A DNA stretch of 54,965 nucleotides from the NCBI GenBank assembly GCA_023410155.1, contig JAEYQF010000374.1:1-54965 (forward strand), read 5' to 3'. The position numbers and the translations under genes were made by a program. Shown one piece after another: positions 8,925 through 19,472 of this stretch. The notes below the pieces were generated by a model. That model saw only the letters and a program-made list of their open reading frames with translations. It had not been told where the DNA came from and did not search any database. The first letter of the stretch is position 1. The number at the start of each line of letters is the position of its first letter. Source of the stretch: Verrucomicrobiota bacterium. GTDB lineage: Bacteria; Verrucomicrobiota; Verrucomicrobiia; Opitutales; Opitutaceae.

Positions 8925-10388
8925 TCACCGCGCGGCGGGTGGCAGCTTTGCGTCTACCCAGGCGATGAAGGTGCTCATGTTGGAGCGGCTTTCGTGTCCG
9001 CCGTCGTGCTGGCGCCAGGCGAGTTCGCCGTCGAGCAAACCGACTTTCACCGGAGGCATCTTCGCAGCACGATAATCCTCGGCCACGCCGAGATCGCGTG
9101 CACCTAGCAGGCGGAAAACGGGGCCCGCTGCGACCGTGGCCATGAAGCTGCCTTGCTGGTCCAGCCAGAGCGCGTCGCCCTGCTCGGGAATGCCGTAGCT
9201 GATGAACGTGAGCCGCGGGGCGCAGAGCGCGATGAGTTGGTGAGCGTCGACGGGGATGTCGTCGGCGTCTTTGCGGCCGAACGAGCTGCGCTCGGCGCCG
9301 TATTTAAGAAAATTCCCGGCCATCCAGTGGTAGCTGTAGGTGCCGGTGAGGTTTTCAACTGCCTCGCCGAAATTGCGGCGATGCGGCTTGGCGCCGCCTT
9401 CGCCCGAAGATGCGATCAGCGCAAAGGCGAAACGCGGCTCGAACGCCATGGCGACGAGAGCGGCCTTGCCGTAGCGCGACACGCCTTCGATACCGACGCG
9501 TTTCGCATCCACCTCCGGCAGTGTATCCAGAAAGTCGAGACCGCGCGACGCACCCCACGCCCACGCCCGCAGCGCGCCCCACTGCTCCGGGGTGCGCCGC
9601 CCGCCACGGTTCGCGAGGCCGATGATGCCTTCGGTGAGACCGGCGCCGACGTCGGCTTGGATGCTCGCGGTGTCGATCGCGACATAACCCCAGCCGGCGG
9701 CGATGAGTTGTTCTTCGTTGGTCGATCCGGGCGGCGGAGGAAAACCGGGGAAGCGCGGCGTCGGCTCGTCGGGCATGCGGCCCCAGCCGAACATCATCAG
9801 CACGGGCATCGGCCCGGTCGCGTCGGCGGGCAACACGACGGCGAGACGAATGGCGACGGTGATCGCCGGGTGCGCGGAGTTGTCGGCCGTGCCGATCACG
9901 CGCCGCGCGATGACGGGTTTGCCGGCAACGGTGGTGCGCACCGTCTTCTCGATGGACCAGCGCACGGCGGGGACCTCCGAGGGCACGCGGCCGTAGATCT
10001 CGCGTTCGAAGAGTTCGACCAGCTCCGGCCGGCGTTTCTGCCACCATTGCTCTGAGGTGGTCACCGCCGCGCCGTCAGCGCTGGTGAGGAGCGCGGGCCA
10101 TTCGGGAAACGGATTCGCGAGCGATTCGTCGTAGTTGGCGAGGTTGGGTTGGCCGGGCGCGGGATTGCCGTTTTTGCCCGGCCGCAGCTCGGTGATGCCG
10201 AGCTGCTGCATCATGTCGGCGTGATCTTCGTTCGTGAGACGACCGACGCGTTCGCGCTCCTCCGCGCTCCAGTCCCACGGCGCGCCTCGGGGCAGAATCG
10301 AGGAGGTCGCAGCGGGAAGGGACATCGCGGCGACGGCGGAGAACAAGGTGAAGCTCGCGAGCAGACGGGAGGCACGGGTGGGGCGCAT
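8925..10388 (-). CDS. CE15 glucuronoyl esterase-like alpha/beta hydrolase
   Basis: WGALRAWAWGASR, GVSRYGKAAL (CE15 G-x-S-R-x-G-K), GEAVENL, DAHQLIALCAPR, QHDGGH; signal peptide. Confidence 0.85.
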   Translation of the reverse strand: MRPTRASRLLASFTLFSAVAAMSLPAATSSILPRGAPWDWSAEERERVGRLTNEDHADMMQQLGITELRPGKNGNPAPGQPNLANYDESLANPFPEWPALLTSADGAAVTTSEQWWQKRRPELVELFEREIYGRVPSEVPAVRWSIEKTVRTTVAGKPVIARRVIGTADNSAHPAITVAIRLAVVLPADATGPMPVLMMFGWGRMPDEPTPRFPGFPPPPGSTNEEQLIAAGWGYVAIDTASIQADVGAGLTEGIIGLANRGGRRTPEQWGALRAWAWGASRGLDFLDTLPEVDAKRVGIEGVSRYGKAALVAMAFEPRFAFALIASSGEGGAKPHRRNFGEAVENLTGTYSYHWMAGNFLKYGAERSSFGRKDADDIPVDAHQLIALCAPRLTFISYGIPEQGDALWLDQQGSFMATVAAGPVFRLLGARDLGVAEDYRAAKMPPVKVGLLDGELAWRQHDGGHESRSNMSTFIAWVDAKLPPAAR

Positions 10389-10520
10389 GGGAGGGTCGGC
10401 GGACGCGAACGGGAACCCGCAACGCCGCCGATCCAAACTGGGGCCGCCGCGGCTCTGCGCAAGACGCCGCGGCTTCTAATAGTTGATTCGGCGAGGAGTC
10501 TTTTCTCCGCGCCGAGAGGA

Positions 10521-10991
10521 TCAAACGGGAGCGTCGGGAATCTCGGCTTCGACCAGGCGTGTGAGCAGCAACAGCGATTCCTGCCAGCCGAGATAGCACA
10601 TCTCGGTCGGGATCACCGCGGGAATGCCTTCCTGCACGATGGTTAGCTCGGTGCCACACATGACGGTCTTGAGCGTGATCGTCGTGATCATCTGGCCGGG
10701 CACGTTAGGATCATCGAACGTGTCGTCGTAAACGATGCGTTCGTGCGGCACGATTTCACGATACGTGCCACCGAAGGAGTGCGCCTTGCCTGTGCTGAAA
10801 TTGATGAACGACATCCGGTAGGTGCCACCGACCCGCACCTCCATGTGGTGGATCTTCGCGGTGAAGCCATGTGGAGGATTCCATTTGATGATCGCATCGG
10901 GATCAGTGAATGCGCGGTAGACGCGTTCGGCCGGGGCGCGGAGCACGCGGTGGAGTTTTACCGTGCCAGTGGGAGGAGGAGTGGTGGACAT
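10521..10991 (-). CDS. SRPBCC/AHSA1-like domain protein
   Basis: LHRVLRAPAERVYRAF, VGGTYRMSF, IVQEGIP, CYLGWQESL. Confidence 0.9.
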   Translation of the reverse strand: MSTTPPPTGTVKLHRVLRAPAERVYRAFTDPDAIIKWNPPHGFTAKIHHMEVRVGGTYRMSFINFSTGKAHSFGGTYREIVPHERIVYDDTFDDPNVPGQMITTITLKTVMCGTELTIVQEGIPAVIPTEMCYLGWQESLLLLTRLVEAEIPDAPV

Positions 10992-11131
10992 GGGAAGAGA
11001 GGAAGGATGTAGGATTGATGTGATTGGGTTTCGCCTTCTCCACGATCCGATCCTGCCGGCCCGGACACGCGAGTGCGAAAATCCTGTGTGGTGCGGCTTG
11101 CGAGCGCGGGCGCGCGCGGCAGCTTGGGTTC

Positions 11132-12274
11132 ATGACCCCGCTCCTCCGCGCCCGTGTCCTCGCTGCGTTGTTGTGTGTGATGTTTTGGGCGGGCGGTAAT
11201 TTGTTGCACGCCCGCGCTCTGCCGCTGCGGGAGGCCGCTGGCGGCGCGGTGTTGATCGGATGCTCGGCGGGATCGAGCGACATCGCGGATCCGAAAACCG
11301 CGGCCATGATCGTGCGCGAGTTCGATTGTTTCACGGCGGACAACGAGTTCATGCCGAAATTCATGGTCGACGACGAAGGCCACTACACGTGGGAGATACC
11401 CGACCGGCTCGCAAATTTCGCGCGGGATCATGACATGCCGTTTTACGGCCACATGCTCGTGTGGCAGCACGAGACGCGCGCGTGGCTGTTTGAGGACAAG
11501 CAGGGTCGACCGCTGCCGCGCGAACAGGCGCTCAAGAACCTTCGCGATTACATCACGACGGTCGTGCAGCATTTTCGCGGGCGGGTGAAAGCTTGGGCGG
11601 TGGTCAACGAGGCGCTCAGCGACGATGGCGCCGTGTATCTGCGCGACACGCCGGCACGACGCGCCATCGGCGACGACTTCATCGCCCGCGCGTTCGAATA
11701 TGCACATGCCGCCGATCCGACGGTGCCGCTTTATTACAACGACTATAACATCGAGCTGCCGTATAAACGGGAGAAGACGCTGCGGCTCCTGCGCGAACTG
11801 CGCGCGGAGGGTCTGCGGGTCGACGCGGTGGGCATCCAGGGACACTGGCTGCTCGGCGGGCCGGAGCCTGAGGTGATCTCGGACGCGATCCGCGAATTCC
11901 ACGACGCCGGTTTCGACGTGATGATCACCGAACTCGATGTCGATGTGCTTCCCCGCACGGTCAGCGGAGCGGACCTGCAGTCCGTGGACGAAGGGCCGAA
12001 TCCCTATCCGGAGAGCTTGCCCGATGAAGTGCAGCAGCAGCTTGCGCAACGCTATGGCGAGATCTTCGAGGCGATCCTGCGACCGCCTGGCGTATCGATG
12101 ATCACATTCTGGGGGCCGCACGACGGCAGGTCCTGGCTCAACGATTTCCCGGTGCGGCGGCGGACCAACTATCCGCTGCTGTTCGACCGCGAACTGAAGC
12201 CGAAACCGGCGCACGCCGTCGTCAGTGAGATCCTCGCGCGACACCGCGCCGCGTCGACTACGGTGCCGCAGTGA
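11132..12274 (+). CDS. GH10 endo-1,4-beta-xylanase
   Basis: GHMLVW, VVNEA (acid/base Glu), LYYNDYN, GIQGHW, ITELDVDVLP (nucleophile), ITFWG, NYPLLFD. Confidence 0.92.
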   Translation: MTPLLRARVLAALLCVMFWAGGNLLHARALPLREAAGGAVLIGCSAGSSDIADPKTAAMIVREFDCFTADNEFMPKFMVDDEGHYTWEIPDRLANFARDHDMPFYGHMLVWQHETRAWLFEDKQGRPLPREQALKNLRDYITTVVQHFRGRVKAWAVVNEALSDDGAVYLRDTPARRAIGDDFIARAFEYAHAADPTVPLYYNDYNIELPYKREKTLRLLRELRAEGLRVDAVGIQGHWLLGGPEPEVISDAIREFHDAGFDVMITELDVDVLPRTVSGADLQSVDEGPNPYPESLPDEVQQQLAQRYGEIFEAILRPPGVSMITFWGPHDGRSWLNDFPVRRRTNYPLLFDRELKPKPAHAVVSEILARHRAASTTVPQ

Positions 12275-12294
12275 GCGTCGGGGGCCGGAGGGGC

Positions 12295-12513
12295 TCACGT
12301 GCCAGTCAGTTTCCAGCGCACGTAAACGTCTTCGACCTTTGCGCGGGCCCATGGCGTTTTGCGCAGGAAGGTGAGGCTCGACTTGATCGACGGATCGAAC
12401 TGGAAGCAGCGCACCGGCACGCGCTGCGCCAGCCCTTCCCAGCCAAACTGTGCGACGAGTTCGGTGAGAAGTTTTTCGAGAGTGATGCCGTGGAGCGGAT
12501 CGTGACTCGCCAT
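12295..12513 (-). CDS. VF530 family (DUF2132) small protein
   Basis: [20 protein letters not shown]...[24 protein letters not shown]. Confidence 0.92.
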   Translation of the reverse strand: MASHDPLHGITLEKLLTELVAQFGWEGLAQRVPVRCFQFDPSIKSSLTFLRKTPWARAKVEDVYVRWKLTGT

Positions 12514-12746
12514 CAGCGTGGATTGAGCGGGGCGGGCGGGAACGCGGCGAGGCCAATTTGGCGCGTAATGCTGCACGACAGGCCAGTTCTCCGTCTTCTC
12601 TTTCGGATCGTTCAGCCCGGAGCGATCGAGGTGAGGAAGCCACCTCCTCTTTTCCCGGAGGCGCGGAGCGGGGCTTTCAAGAAGCCGGGATCGTTGCCGC
12701 CGGGAAGTGATTGAGCACCGTCCGTTCGGCCTGCCCCGGCTCGTCC

Positions 12747-13532
12747 ATGTTTACCTCCCGCCGCATCGATCTGCTTAAATGGTATGCGCGTCGTCCTCGG
12801 ATGTGGAAACAGTTCTTCCGTGTGGCGCGGCAAAAAACTGTCGCAGAGACGGCCGACCCTTCGCTGGCCATTGCGGCTCGTCATTGGTGCGAGGAGCGAG
12901 CGATCTCCATCGCCGAGGCGGTCGAGCGACTGACCGGCACCCCGGCGATCCGCTCGATCGAGTCGGAGTGTCCGGCCGAAGTGGCCGCGGGACGCGCGGC
13001 GCAGGATTCGTGTCCAGCCAAGATGGGTGCGGGCGCAAACACGGATCTTCTCTACTCCCTCGCGGAAGGCATCGAGTGCACGAAGGCGATCGAGACGGGC
13101 GTCGCCTTTGGCTGGTCTTCGTTCGCGCTGCTTCAGTCGGTGTCGAAACGCGGCGGGAAACTCGTGAGCACCGACATGCCCTATCCGCTGCGGGAAAACG
13201 ATCGCTTCGTCGGCTGTGTCGTCCCGCCGCGCCTCAGGCGCCACTGGCGATTGTTGCGCTATCCGGATCGCGATGGCTTGCCGATGGCGCTCGGCGAGCT
13301 CGGCACGATCGACCTTTGCCACTACGACAGCGACAAGAGCGAAGCGGGGCGGCTGTTCGCGTATCCACTTCTTTGGGACGCGTTGCGGCCGGGCGGATTC
13401 TTCCTGAGCGACGACGTGCAGGATAACTTCGGCTATCGCGATTTTTGCGCCAGTCTCGGACTCGCGCCGCTGGTGGTGAAAGTGCCGGACGTGGCGGGCT
13501 CGAAATTCGTCGGCATCGCGGTGCACCCGTGA
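12747..13532 (+). CDS. Class I SAM-dependent methyltransferase (Methyltransf_24-like)
   Basis: [43 protein letters not shown]. Confidence 0.85.
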   Translation: MFTSRRIDLLKWYARRPRMWKQFFRVARQKTVAETADPSLAIAARHWCEERAISIAEAVERLTGTPAIRSIESECPAEVAAGRAAQDSCPAKMGAGANTDLLYSLAEGIECTKAIETGVAFGWSSFALLQSVSKRGGKLVSTDMPYPLRENDRFVGCVVPPRLRRHWRLLRYPDRDGLPMALGELGTIDLCHYDSDKSEAGRLFAYPLLWDALRPGGFFLSDDVQDNFGYRDFCASLGLAPLVVKVPDVAGSKFVGIAVHP

Positions 13533-13556
13533 GCGACTCTCCCGCCATGGGGGCAC

Positions 13557-13585
13557 AAAAAAACCGGCGCGGGTGAGCGCCGGTT
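13557..13585 (-). terminator. Intrinsic terminator of the 13607-14056 gene
   Basis: ccggcgc-gggtga-gcgccgg stem followed by T7 on the minus strand. Confidence 0.8.
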
Positions 13586-13606
13586 CGATGGAGGCGGGCC
13601 CGGCTC

Positions 13607-14056
13607 TCAGGCGCTCGGTAGCGGCGGGGCGACGGGCGCGGGGGCGGCGGCCAACTGGTTGGAGTAGCCCGCGATCTTCACCCAGTAGAGAATCCAGCCG
13701 ACGAGCGCGACGAGACCCGCGATCATGTTCAGCAGCGGCACCAGCGAGCACGCGCCCGCAATGGCGTAGACCAGGCCGATCGTCTTTCCGCCGTCGCCCA
13801 GGTCGATGCCTCGCGTGCGTGCTTCAGCGGTGAGCGACTTGGCGATGTTCAGCACGGTGAAGAATGTCCACACGAGGTTGAACAGCGGAATCAGGTTGAG
13901 CCAGACCAGCGGGGGATTCATCGCGCGATTGGCTGGTGCGACGCGATTGAGACATTTCTGCAGGGTCAGGAGGTAGAGAACGGCGATCGCGAGACCGATC
14001 AGGAATCCGAAGGCCATCGCGATCATCATGCCGAAACCGAGCGCGTTATCTTCCAT
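13607..14056 (-). CDS. Small integral membrane hypothetical protein
   Basis: Three to four hydrophobic helices, VWLNLIPLFNLVW motif; terminator directly downstream. Confidence 0.8.
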   Translation of the reverse strand: MEDNALGFGMMIAMAFGFLIGLAIAVLYLLTLQKCLNRVAPANRAMNPPLVWLNLIPLFNLVWTFFTVLNIAKSLTAEARTRGIDLGDGGKTIGLVYAIAGACSLVPLLNMIAGLVALVGWILYWVKIAGYSNQLAAAPAPVAPPLPSA

Positions 14057-14294
14057 GGGGAGCAGGGGTTGGGGTGAAGACTCCGACGCTGCCACCTTGG
14101 CCGCGCCGGCATGGGGGACCTCACCAAGGGCGGCGAGCTGGCTCAAGAAAATTGTCCCCGCCTGCGCCTTCACCCGATATGCCACCGGGCGGTTTGCCGT
14201 AGGGGAGGCGCACCGGTTCGCGGTTCGTGACTTCGGAGAAACAATCGCCCGCGCCACGCTGCCGATGCGCCAGGTGCGGCTAGAGTCTCAAGAG

Positions 14295-15128
14295 ATGAAA
14301 CCGACGCTTCTCTTCGTCCACGGCATGTTCCTCACCGCGAAGTCGTGGGAGCACTGGATCGAGTTCTTCGATCAACGCGGCTACCGCTGCAAGGCTCCCA
14401 ACTGGCCGCTACACGATGGCGAGCCCGCCCTGCTGCGAACCGAGGTCCCGCCCGGCACGGGACGTCTGGATCTGGATACGCTGGTGGATGCGATGGCTCG
14501 CGCCGCTGCGGCGGAGGCGCGTCCTCCGATTGTTATCGGCCATTCGCTGGGCGGCCTGATCGCCCAGTTGCTCGCCGCCCGTGGCCTCGTGGAAGCGGCG
14601 GTGGCGATTTGCCCCGTGGCGCCCAACGGCCTGCTGGCGACGGATTGGGGCTTTCTGAGAAACAGCGCCCAAATCGCCAACCCTCTCCGCGGCGACGATC
14701 CGTTTATCATCACCCCCGAGGGATTTCACCGCACGTTCACCAACATGATGTCGCGGGAGCAGAGCGACGAGATGTTCGCACGTTACGCCGTGCACGAGAG
14801 TCGCAATGTTCTCCGCGACGCCATGGGCCCCTCGGGCTGCGTCGATGTCCGATCGCCGCACGTGCCGCTGCTATTCATCGGGGCCGAGGCCGACGAGATC
14901 ATCCCGCCCAAGCTGGTGCGCAAAAATGCGGACTCTTACGAATCCCGCTCGAGCGTGCGCGAGTATCGCGAGTTTCCCGGACGTGGGCACTTCATCGCGG
15001 GCGAGCCGGGATGGGAGGACGTCGCGCACTACGTCCACGAGTGGCTGGAGCGTCATGCGGTCGGAGAAGCCGCTTCGGTGTCCGCTTCCGGAGCGGCGGG
15101 TCGGTCGCTCTCACACCCGGTCGACTAG
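14295..15128 (+). CDS. Alpha/beta fold hydrolase
   Basis: LFVHGMF, IGHSLGG nucleophile elbow, AEADEII, FPGRGHF. Confidence 0.92.
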   Translation: MKPTLLFVHGMFLTAKSWEHWIEFFDQRGYRCKAPNWPLHDGEPALLRTEVPPGTGRLDLDTLVDAMARAAAAEARPPIVIGHSLGGLIAQLLAARGLVEAAVAICPVAPNGLLATDWGFLRNSAQIANPLRGDDPFIITPEGFHRTFTNMMSREQSDEMFARYAVHESRNVLRDAMGPSGCVDVRSPHVPLLFIGAEADEIIPPKLVRKNADSYESRSSVREYREFPGRGHFIAGEPGWEDVAHYVHEWLERHAVGEAASVSASGAAGRSLSHPVD

Positions 15129-15399
15129 CTGCAGCGAAGACCTCGCGCCGTCCAGAGGAGGACCTTTTCACGATCTCCGCCCAGATCTGCTGCCGCACCC
15201 GGGAGGCTTGGGGTCGCCCGAGCGCGACGATGGCCGATTTTCTCAGGCGGAATCGTGGTGGCTCGGCTGCGCCGGTCGCGAGCAGGCTTGTGTGCGCGCT
15301 CGGGCATGGTTCGGCGACGACGATCGCGCGCGGAGTCTCTCGCCTTGCGAGCGCTGAGCCTGGCGCCGCGCGAGCTTTCGCGGGCGGCGCCTGGCGAAG

Positions 15400-16392
15400 T
15401 CAGCGGTTCACTGCCTGCATGCCCTGCGCGTGGTAACGTTCGCCGGCCGTGGCACCCACGGGGAATGCCGCGTCGATCTCGCTGAGTTCCGCCGCCGTCA
15501 GGCTCACGCGGCACGCGTCGAGATTCTCGTCCAGATATTTGATCCGCTTCGTGCCGGGAATCGGCACGATATCGTCGCCCTGGGTGAGCACCCAGGCGAG
15601 CGCGAGCTGACTGGGCGAGCAGTTCTTCGCCCGCGCGATCTCCGCGATTTTTCCCACCAGATCCAGATTGCGCTGGAAATTCTCTCCCTGAAAACGCGGC
15701 GAGTTCCGACGGTAGTCATCCGCCGGCAAGTCTTCGAAGCGCTTGATTTGGCCCGTGAGGAAGCCGCGGCCGAGCGGGCTGTAAGCCACGAAACCGATGC
15801 CGAGTTCGCGCACCGTCGGAAGCACGTCGGCCTCCACCTCGCGGCTCCACAGCGAGAATTCCGTCTGCAGCGCCGCGATCGGGTGCACCTTGGCGGCGCG
15901 CCGGATCGTGGCCGGTGCCGCTTCCGACAAGCCGAGATGGCGGACCTTCCCAGCCTTCACCAACTCCGCCATTGCGCCGACGGTGTCCTCGATCGGCACC
16001 TTCGGATCGACGCGGTGCTGGTAGTAGAGATCGATCGTATCCACTTTCAGGCGACGCAGACTGGCCTCGCAACAGGCCCGCACGTAGTCGGGATCTCCGC
16101 GCACGCCGAGAAACTCACCCTGCGGCCCGCGCACGTTGCCAAACTTGGTCGCCAGCACGACGGCGTCGCGCCGTCCGGCGATCGCCTTGCCGACGAGTTC
16201 CTCGTTGCGCCCGACGCCATACATGTCGGCGGTGTCGAGGAAGTTTCCCCCGCGGTCCAGATAGCGCAGGATGACGCTGATCGACTCCTGCTCGTTCATC
16301 TGTCCGGGCGCATAGAACTCACTCATGCCCATGCAACCCAATCCGATTTCGCTGACCAGCGGTCCGCGCGCGCCGAGACGGCGTGTTTTCAT
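15400..16392 (-). CDS. Aldo/keto reductase
   Basis: [50 protein letters not shown]. Confidence 0.95.
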   Translation of the reverse strand: MKTRRLGARGPLVSEIGLGCMGMSEFYAPGQMNEQESISVILRYLDRGGNFLDTADMYGVGRNEELVGKAIAGRRDAVVLATKFGNVRGPQGEFLGVRGDPDYVRACCEASLRRLKVDTIDLYYQHRVDPKVPIEDTVGAMAELVKAGKVRHLGLSEAAPATIRRAAKVHPIAALQTEFSLWSREVEADVLPTVRELGIGFVAYSPLGRGFLTGQIKRFEDLPADDYRRNSPRFQGENFQRNLDLVGKIAEIARAKNCSPSQLALAWVLTQGDDIVPIPGTKRIKYLDENLDACRVSLTAAELSEIDAAFPVGATAGERYHAQGMQAVNR

Positions 16393-16477
16393 CGTGCCTT
16401 GCGTTTCCATGCCGCGAAGTGGATGCGGAGCCGCCAACGAATCAAGTGCGCCGCAGATTCCCCGCCTGCGCAGTCGA

Positions 16478-16957
16478 CTACTTTACAATCTCCGGCGAGA
16501 GCTGCCAGCGCACCTGCCAGCCTCCTTCATCGGTCCGCTCGAGCGCGACGACGGCGGCTTTCTTCAGCTTGAACCGCACCGGCGCTGCCGCGCCCGTCAC
16601 GAGCAAGGTCGTGAACGCGCTCAGGTGCGGCTCATGACCGACGATCGCGATCGGGGTTTTCGCCTTGCGCGCGCTGAGTCGGCCGATGGCGAGCGACGGA
16701 TCATCGTCGCCATTGATGCCGTCGATCTGGACGAGCTTCGCCTTCAGGCCGAGGCGCTCCACGAGGCGCTGAGCCGTCTCGCGGGAGCGCGGCAGAGGGC
16801 TGTGCCAGATCTCGCCCGGTGCAAATCGCCCGGACCGCGTGAGGAACCTCGCCAGACGCTTGATCTGTTTGCGTCCGCGACCGCTCAACGGGCGCTCTGG
16901 ATTTTCTTCTTCCGAAACTGCGTGCGCGTGGCGAACGATGAAGAGCGACGGGGACAT
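16478..16957 (-). CDS. sixA: Phosphohistidine phosphatase SixA
   Basis: [31 protein letters not shown]. Confidence 0.85.
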   Translation of the reverse strand: MSPSLFIVRHAHAVSEEENPERPLSGRGRKQIKRLARFLTRSGRFAPGEIWHSPLPRSRETAQRLVERLGLKAKLVQIDGINGDDDPSLAIGRLSARKAKTPIAIVGHEPHLSAFTTLLVTGAAAPVRFKLKKAAVVALERTDEGGWQVRWQLSPEIVK

Positions 16958-17114
16958 GACACACCGTGCTGCCGCATCCGCATTTGGCAATGTGCGCCGG
17001 GGCCTTGCAGTTCAGGTCGCCCCTGCGGGCCGATGTGAGCGTTTCCCTGATTCGCGGCCGCCCCCGCGGTTTCGCGTCGTGAATCGCACCGCGGAGTGCC
17101 AAGACTGCGCGGGT

Positions 17115-17957
17115 ATGGAAGCCCTGTCCCCGCGTGCGGCTCGTCGCGTCATGAGCCTATTCGGACTGCTCGTCCCGGTCCTCGCCTCGGCCCAGTTCCC
17201 CCTCTACACCGCCGACGATTTCACCCTGCTGGGTGGTGGCACGTATGCCTACGATTCCCTCAGCGGCGAGTATTCGCGTCCCGCACAGTATGAGGGGCAG
17301 ATCGCGTTCGGCAGGTCTTTCGAGGAGACCTATGTGGGTTTCGGCGTCTTCGACATTCGTGACGTGATCCTCGCCAGTGATGTCGGCATCGACCCCGCGG
17401 AGGTCGGAGGGTATGATGTTTTCAACTACACGCTGGATGCCGGCGCGTTGAACATTCCCGAGATCCAGTTCAGCAACCCCCTCTTTCGCGATGTGCCGCT
17501 CCAGGTGCGGTTGTCGTCAGCTCCCGTGAGCGCCTTGCTCGATGGCACGGGCGATCCGGAGGCGATGTTCGAGGCGCTCATCGGTGGTGAGATCTTGTCC
17601 GACTACCTCTTCGAACTCTCCGCGCTGGAGGACGGAAATGTCGCCTACGGTCATTTCGTTTCGCTCGGACAGAAGTTCACCGATCTCGTGAACAATGGCT
17701 TCCGCGGCCCGGTCGTGATCTCGTTTCAGGTCCCGTATGATCCGGGCTTTCCCACGTTTTCGGCAGAAGTAGGGGTGATCGCCAGCAATCCAGACAGCAT
17801 CATGATCAGCGCAGGCATGGAGCTGGTGCCGATCACGCCGATCCCAGAGCCCGCCACCTACGGCATCGGTGCAATCGTGATGCTCGGGCTCGTCGCGGCG
17901 TGTCGTTCCCGTCGCCTGCGACGTGCACCGCTTGCGGCCACCGCTCCGACGGGTTGA
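17115..17957 (+). CDS. PEP-CTERM sorted surface protein
   Basis: Signal peptide, acidic passenger region, C-terminal IPEPATY + TM helix + RSRRLRR. Confidence 0.85.
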   Translation: MEALSPRAARRVMSLFGLLVPVLASAQFPLYTADDFTLLGGGTYAYDSLSGEYSRPAQYEGQIAFGRSFEETYVGFGVFDIRDVILASDVGIDPAEVGGYDVFNYTLDAGALNIPEIQFSNPLFRDVPLQVRLSSAPVSALLDGTGDPEAMFEALIGGEILSDYLFELSALEDGNVAYGHFVSLGQKFTDLVNNGFRGPVVISFQVPYDPGFPTFSAEVGVIASNPDSIMISAGMELVPITPIPEPATYGIGAIVMLGLVAACRSRRLRRAPLAATAPTG

Positions 17958-18109
17958 GCGGCCGGTGCGCACTCCGCCGCTTCGGACGTTGCGCGTGAGC
18001 CGGCGCTTTGTTGTTCTCGGCGGACCGGCTTCCGCCCCGACGCTTTCCGACCTTACCCAGCGCGTGCCGTCCACGTTCGCGCGGGCGTCTGGGCCTTCGC
18101 CGGCTCCTT

Positions 18110-18622
18110 ATGAGCCCTTACAAGAAGCTGCCCATGGCTGCGAAGAAGAAGATCGCGCTCGTGGCGCACGACAACATGAAGGCCACGCTCGTCGAGTGGG
18201 CGAAGTTCAACCGCGGCACGCTTTCGCGGCACACGGTCTTCGCCACCGGCACGACGGGCCTGCTGCTCGAGAAGGAACTCGGTTTCCCGATCACGAAACT
18301 CCAGAGCGGCCCGCTCGGCGGTGACCAGCAGATCGGTGCGAAGATTGTCGAGGGCGAAATCGATTTCCTGATTTTCTTCTGGGATCCGCTCGAGCAACAA
18401 CCGCACGATCCCGACGTGAAAGCGCTGCTGCGGATGGCGGTCGTCTGGAACGTCCCGACTGCGTGCGATCGCGCCACGGCGGACTTCGTGATCTCGTCGC
18501 CCCTGATGAACACCGCCTACGACCGGCTCATTCCCGACTACGACGTGTATCGGAAGCGCAAGGTGCCCGGGGTCGACGCGCCGCCCGTGCCGATCGCTGG
18601 CGCTGCCAAAATCAAACGCTGA
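18110..18622 (+). CDS. mgsA: Methylglyoxal synthase
   Basis: [42 protein letters not shown]. Confidence 0.95.
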   Translation: MSPYKKLPMAAKKKIALVAHDNMKATLVEWAKFNRGTLSRHTVFATGTTGLLLEKELGFPITKLQSGPLGGDQQIGAKIVEGEIDFLIFFWDPLEQQPHDPDVKALLRMAVVWNVPTACDRATADFVISSPLMNTAYDRLIPDYDVYRKRKVPGVDAPPVPIAGAAKIKR

Positions 18623-18677
18623 CCGCGTTCGACGCGGCTCGCAGTTTGGCGCGACTCACTTACCGTCGCGCGACTCC

Positions 18678-19268
18678 ATGCAGATTCACCGCGCCGAATT
18701 CAAAACCAGTGCTCCCGACCTCCGCTCCGCTCCCGCGTGGGCGCTGCCTGAATTTGCGCTGATCGGGCGCTCCAATGTCGGCAAGTCCTCGCTCGTCAAT
18801 CTGCTCACCGGGCGCCGCGATCTCGCGAAAGTCTCGGAGGTGCCGGGCAAGACGCAGCTCCTTAATTTTTTCACGATCGATAACCGCTGGTCGCTCGTCG
18901 ATCTGCCCGGCTACGGTTACGCGCAGGTGAGCCGGCAGAAGCGTTTCGAGTTCAACCAGGCGGTCGCCGACTACATCATTCAGCGCGAAAACCTGCGCCT
19001 CGTATTCGTGTTGATCGACTCGCGCCTCCCGCCGCAGGCGATCGATCTCGAGTTCCTGCAATGGATCCGCGAGGCGGGCGTGCCCTTCGCGCTCGTGTTC
19101 ACCAAGACCGACAAGCAGTCGGCATCGCAAACACGCACGAACGTGGACACGTTCAAACGCACGCTCACCGAACAGGGCTTCGCGGTGCCGGATGTGTTGC
19201 TCACGTCGTCCACCAAGAAAGCTGGCCGCGGCGAAGTGCTGAACTTCATCGCGGCGCAGCTCGCGTGA
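18678..19268 (+). CDS. yihA: Ribosome biogenesis GTPase YihA/EngB
   Basis: GRSNVGKSS, PGKT, DLPGYGYA, LIDSR, TKTDK. Confidence 0.95.
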   Translation: MQIHRAEFKTSAPDLRSAPAWALPEFALIGRSNVGKSSLVNLLTGRRDLAKVSEVPGKTQLLNFFTIDNRWSLVDLPGYGYAQVSRQKRFEFNQAVADYIIQRENLRLVFVLIDSRLPPQAIDLEFLQWIREAGVPFALVFTKTDKQSASQTRTNVDTFKRTLTEQGFAVPDVLLTSSTKKAGRGEVLNFIAAQLA

Positions 19269-19466
19269 GTCGCGCCTGAGTGCGTCCCGAGTCGGGACAA
19301 GGTCCGCACCGGGTCGTGCCAAGGTGCGGACAAGGTCGAGCGAAGGTCCGGACACGGTCGCGACAAGGTGCGCACTATGTCGCGACAAGGTGCGGCTCGG
19401 GTTGCGAGGAGATGCGCACCGCGTCGAGCCCGGGTGCGGATCGAGTCGAGACGTGGGACGGATTGC
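19269..19466 (+). repeat. Intergenic tandem array of about 18 degenerate 11-bp units
   Basis: gtcgggacaag|gtccgcaccgg|gtcgtgccaag|gtgcggacaag|gtcgagcgaag|gtccggacacg|gtcgcgacaag|gtgcgcactat|gtcgcgacaag|gtgcggctcgg...; fills the gap between convergent genes. Confidence 0.92.
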
Positions 19467-19472
19467 GTGGGT

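Noticed and set aside
10958..12643. Long antisense and alternate-frame ORFs (this one, 23062-24492, 30748-32271, 43793-45181, 51298-52782 and similar)
   Set aside because: Arg/Ala-rich shadow ORFs expected in high-GC DNA opposite well-supported genes; no recognisable motifs.
19269..19466. 11-bp arrays as CRISPR arrays
   Set aside because: No constant repeat with unique spacers, units are contiguous and too short, and there are no cas genes in the window.
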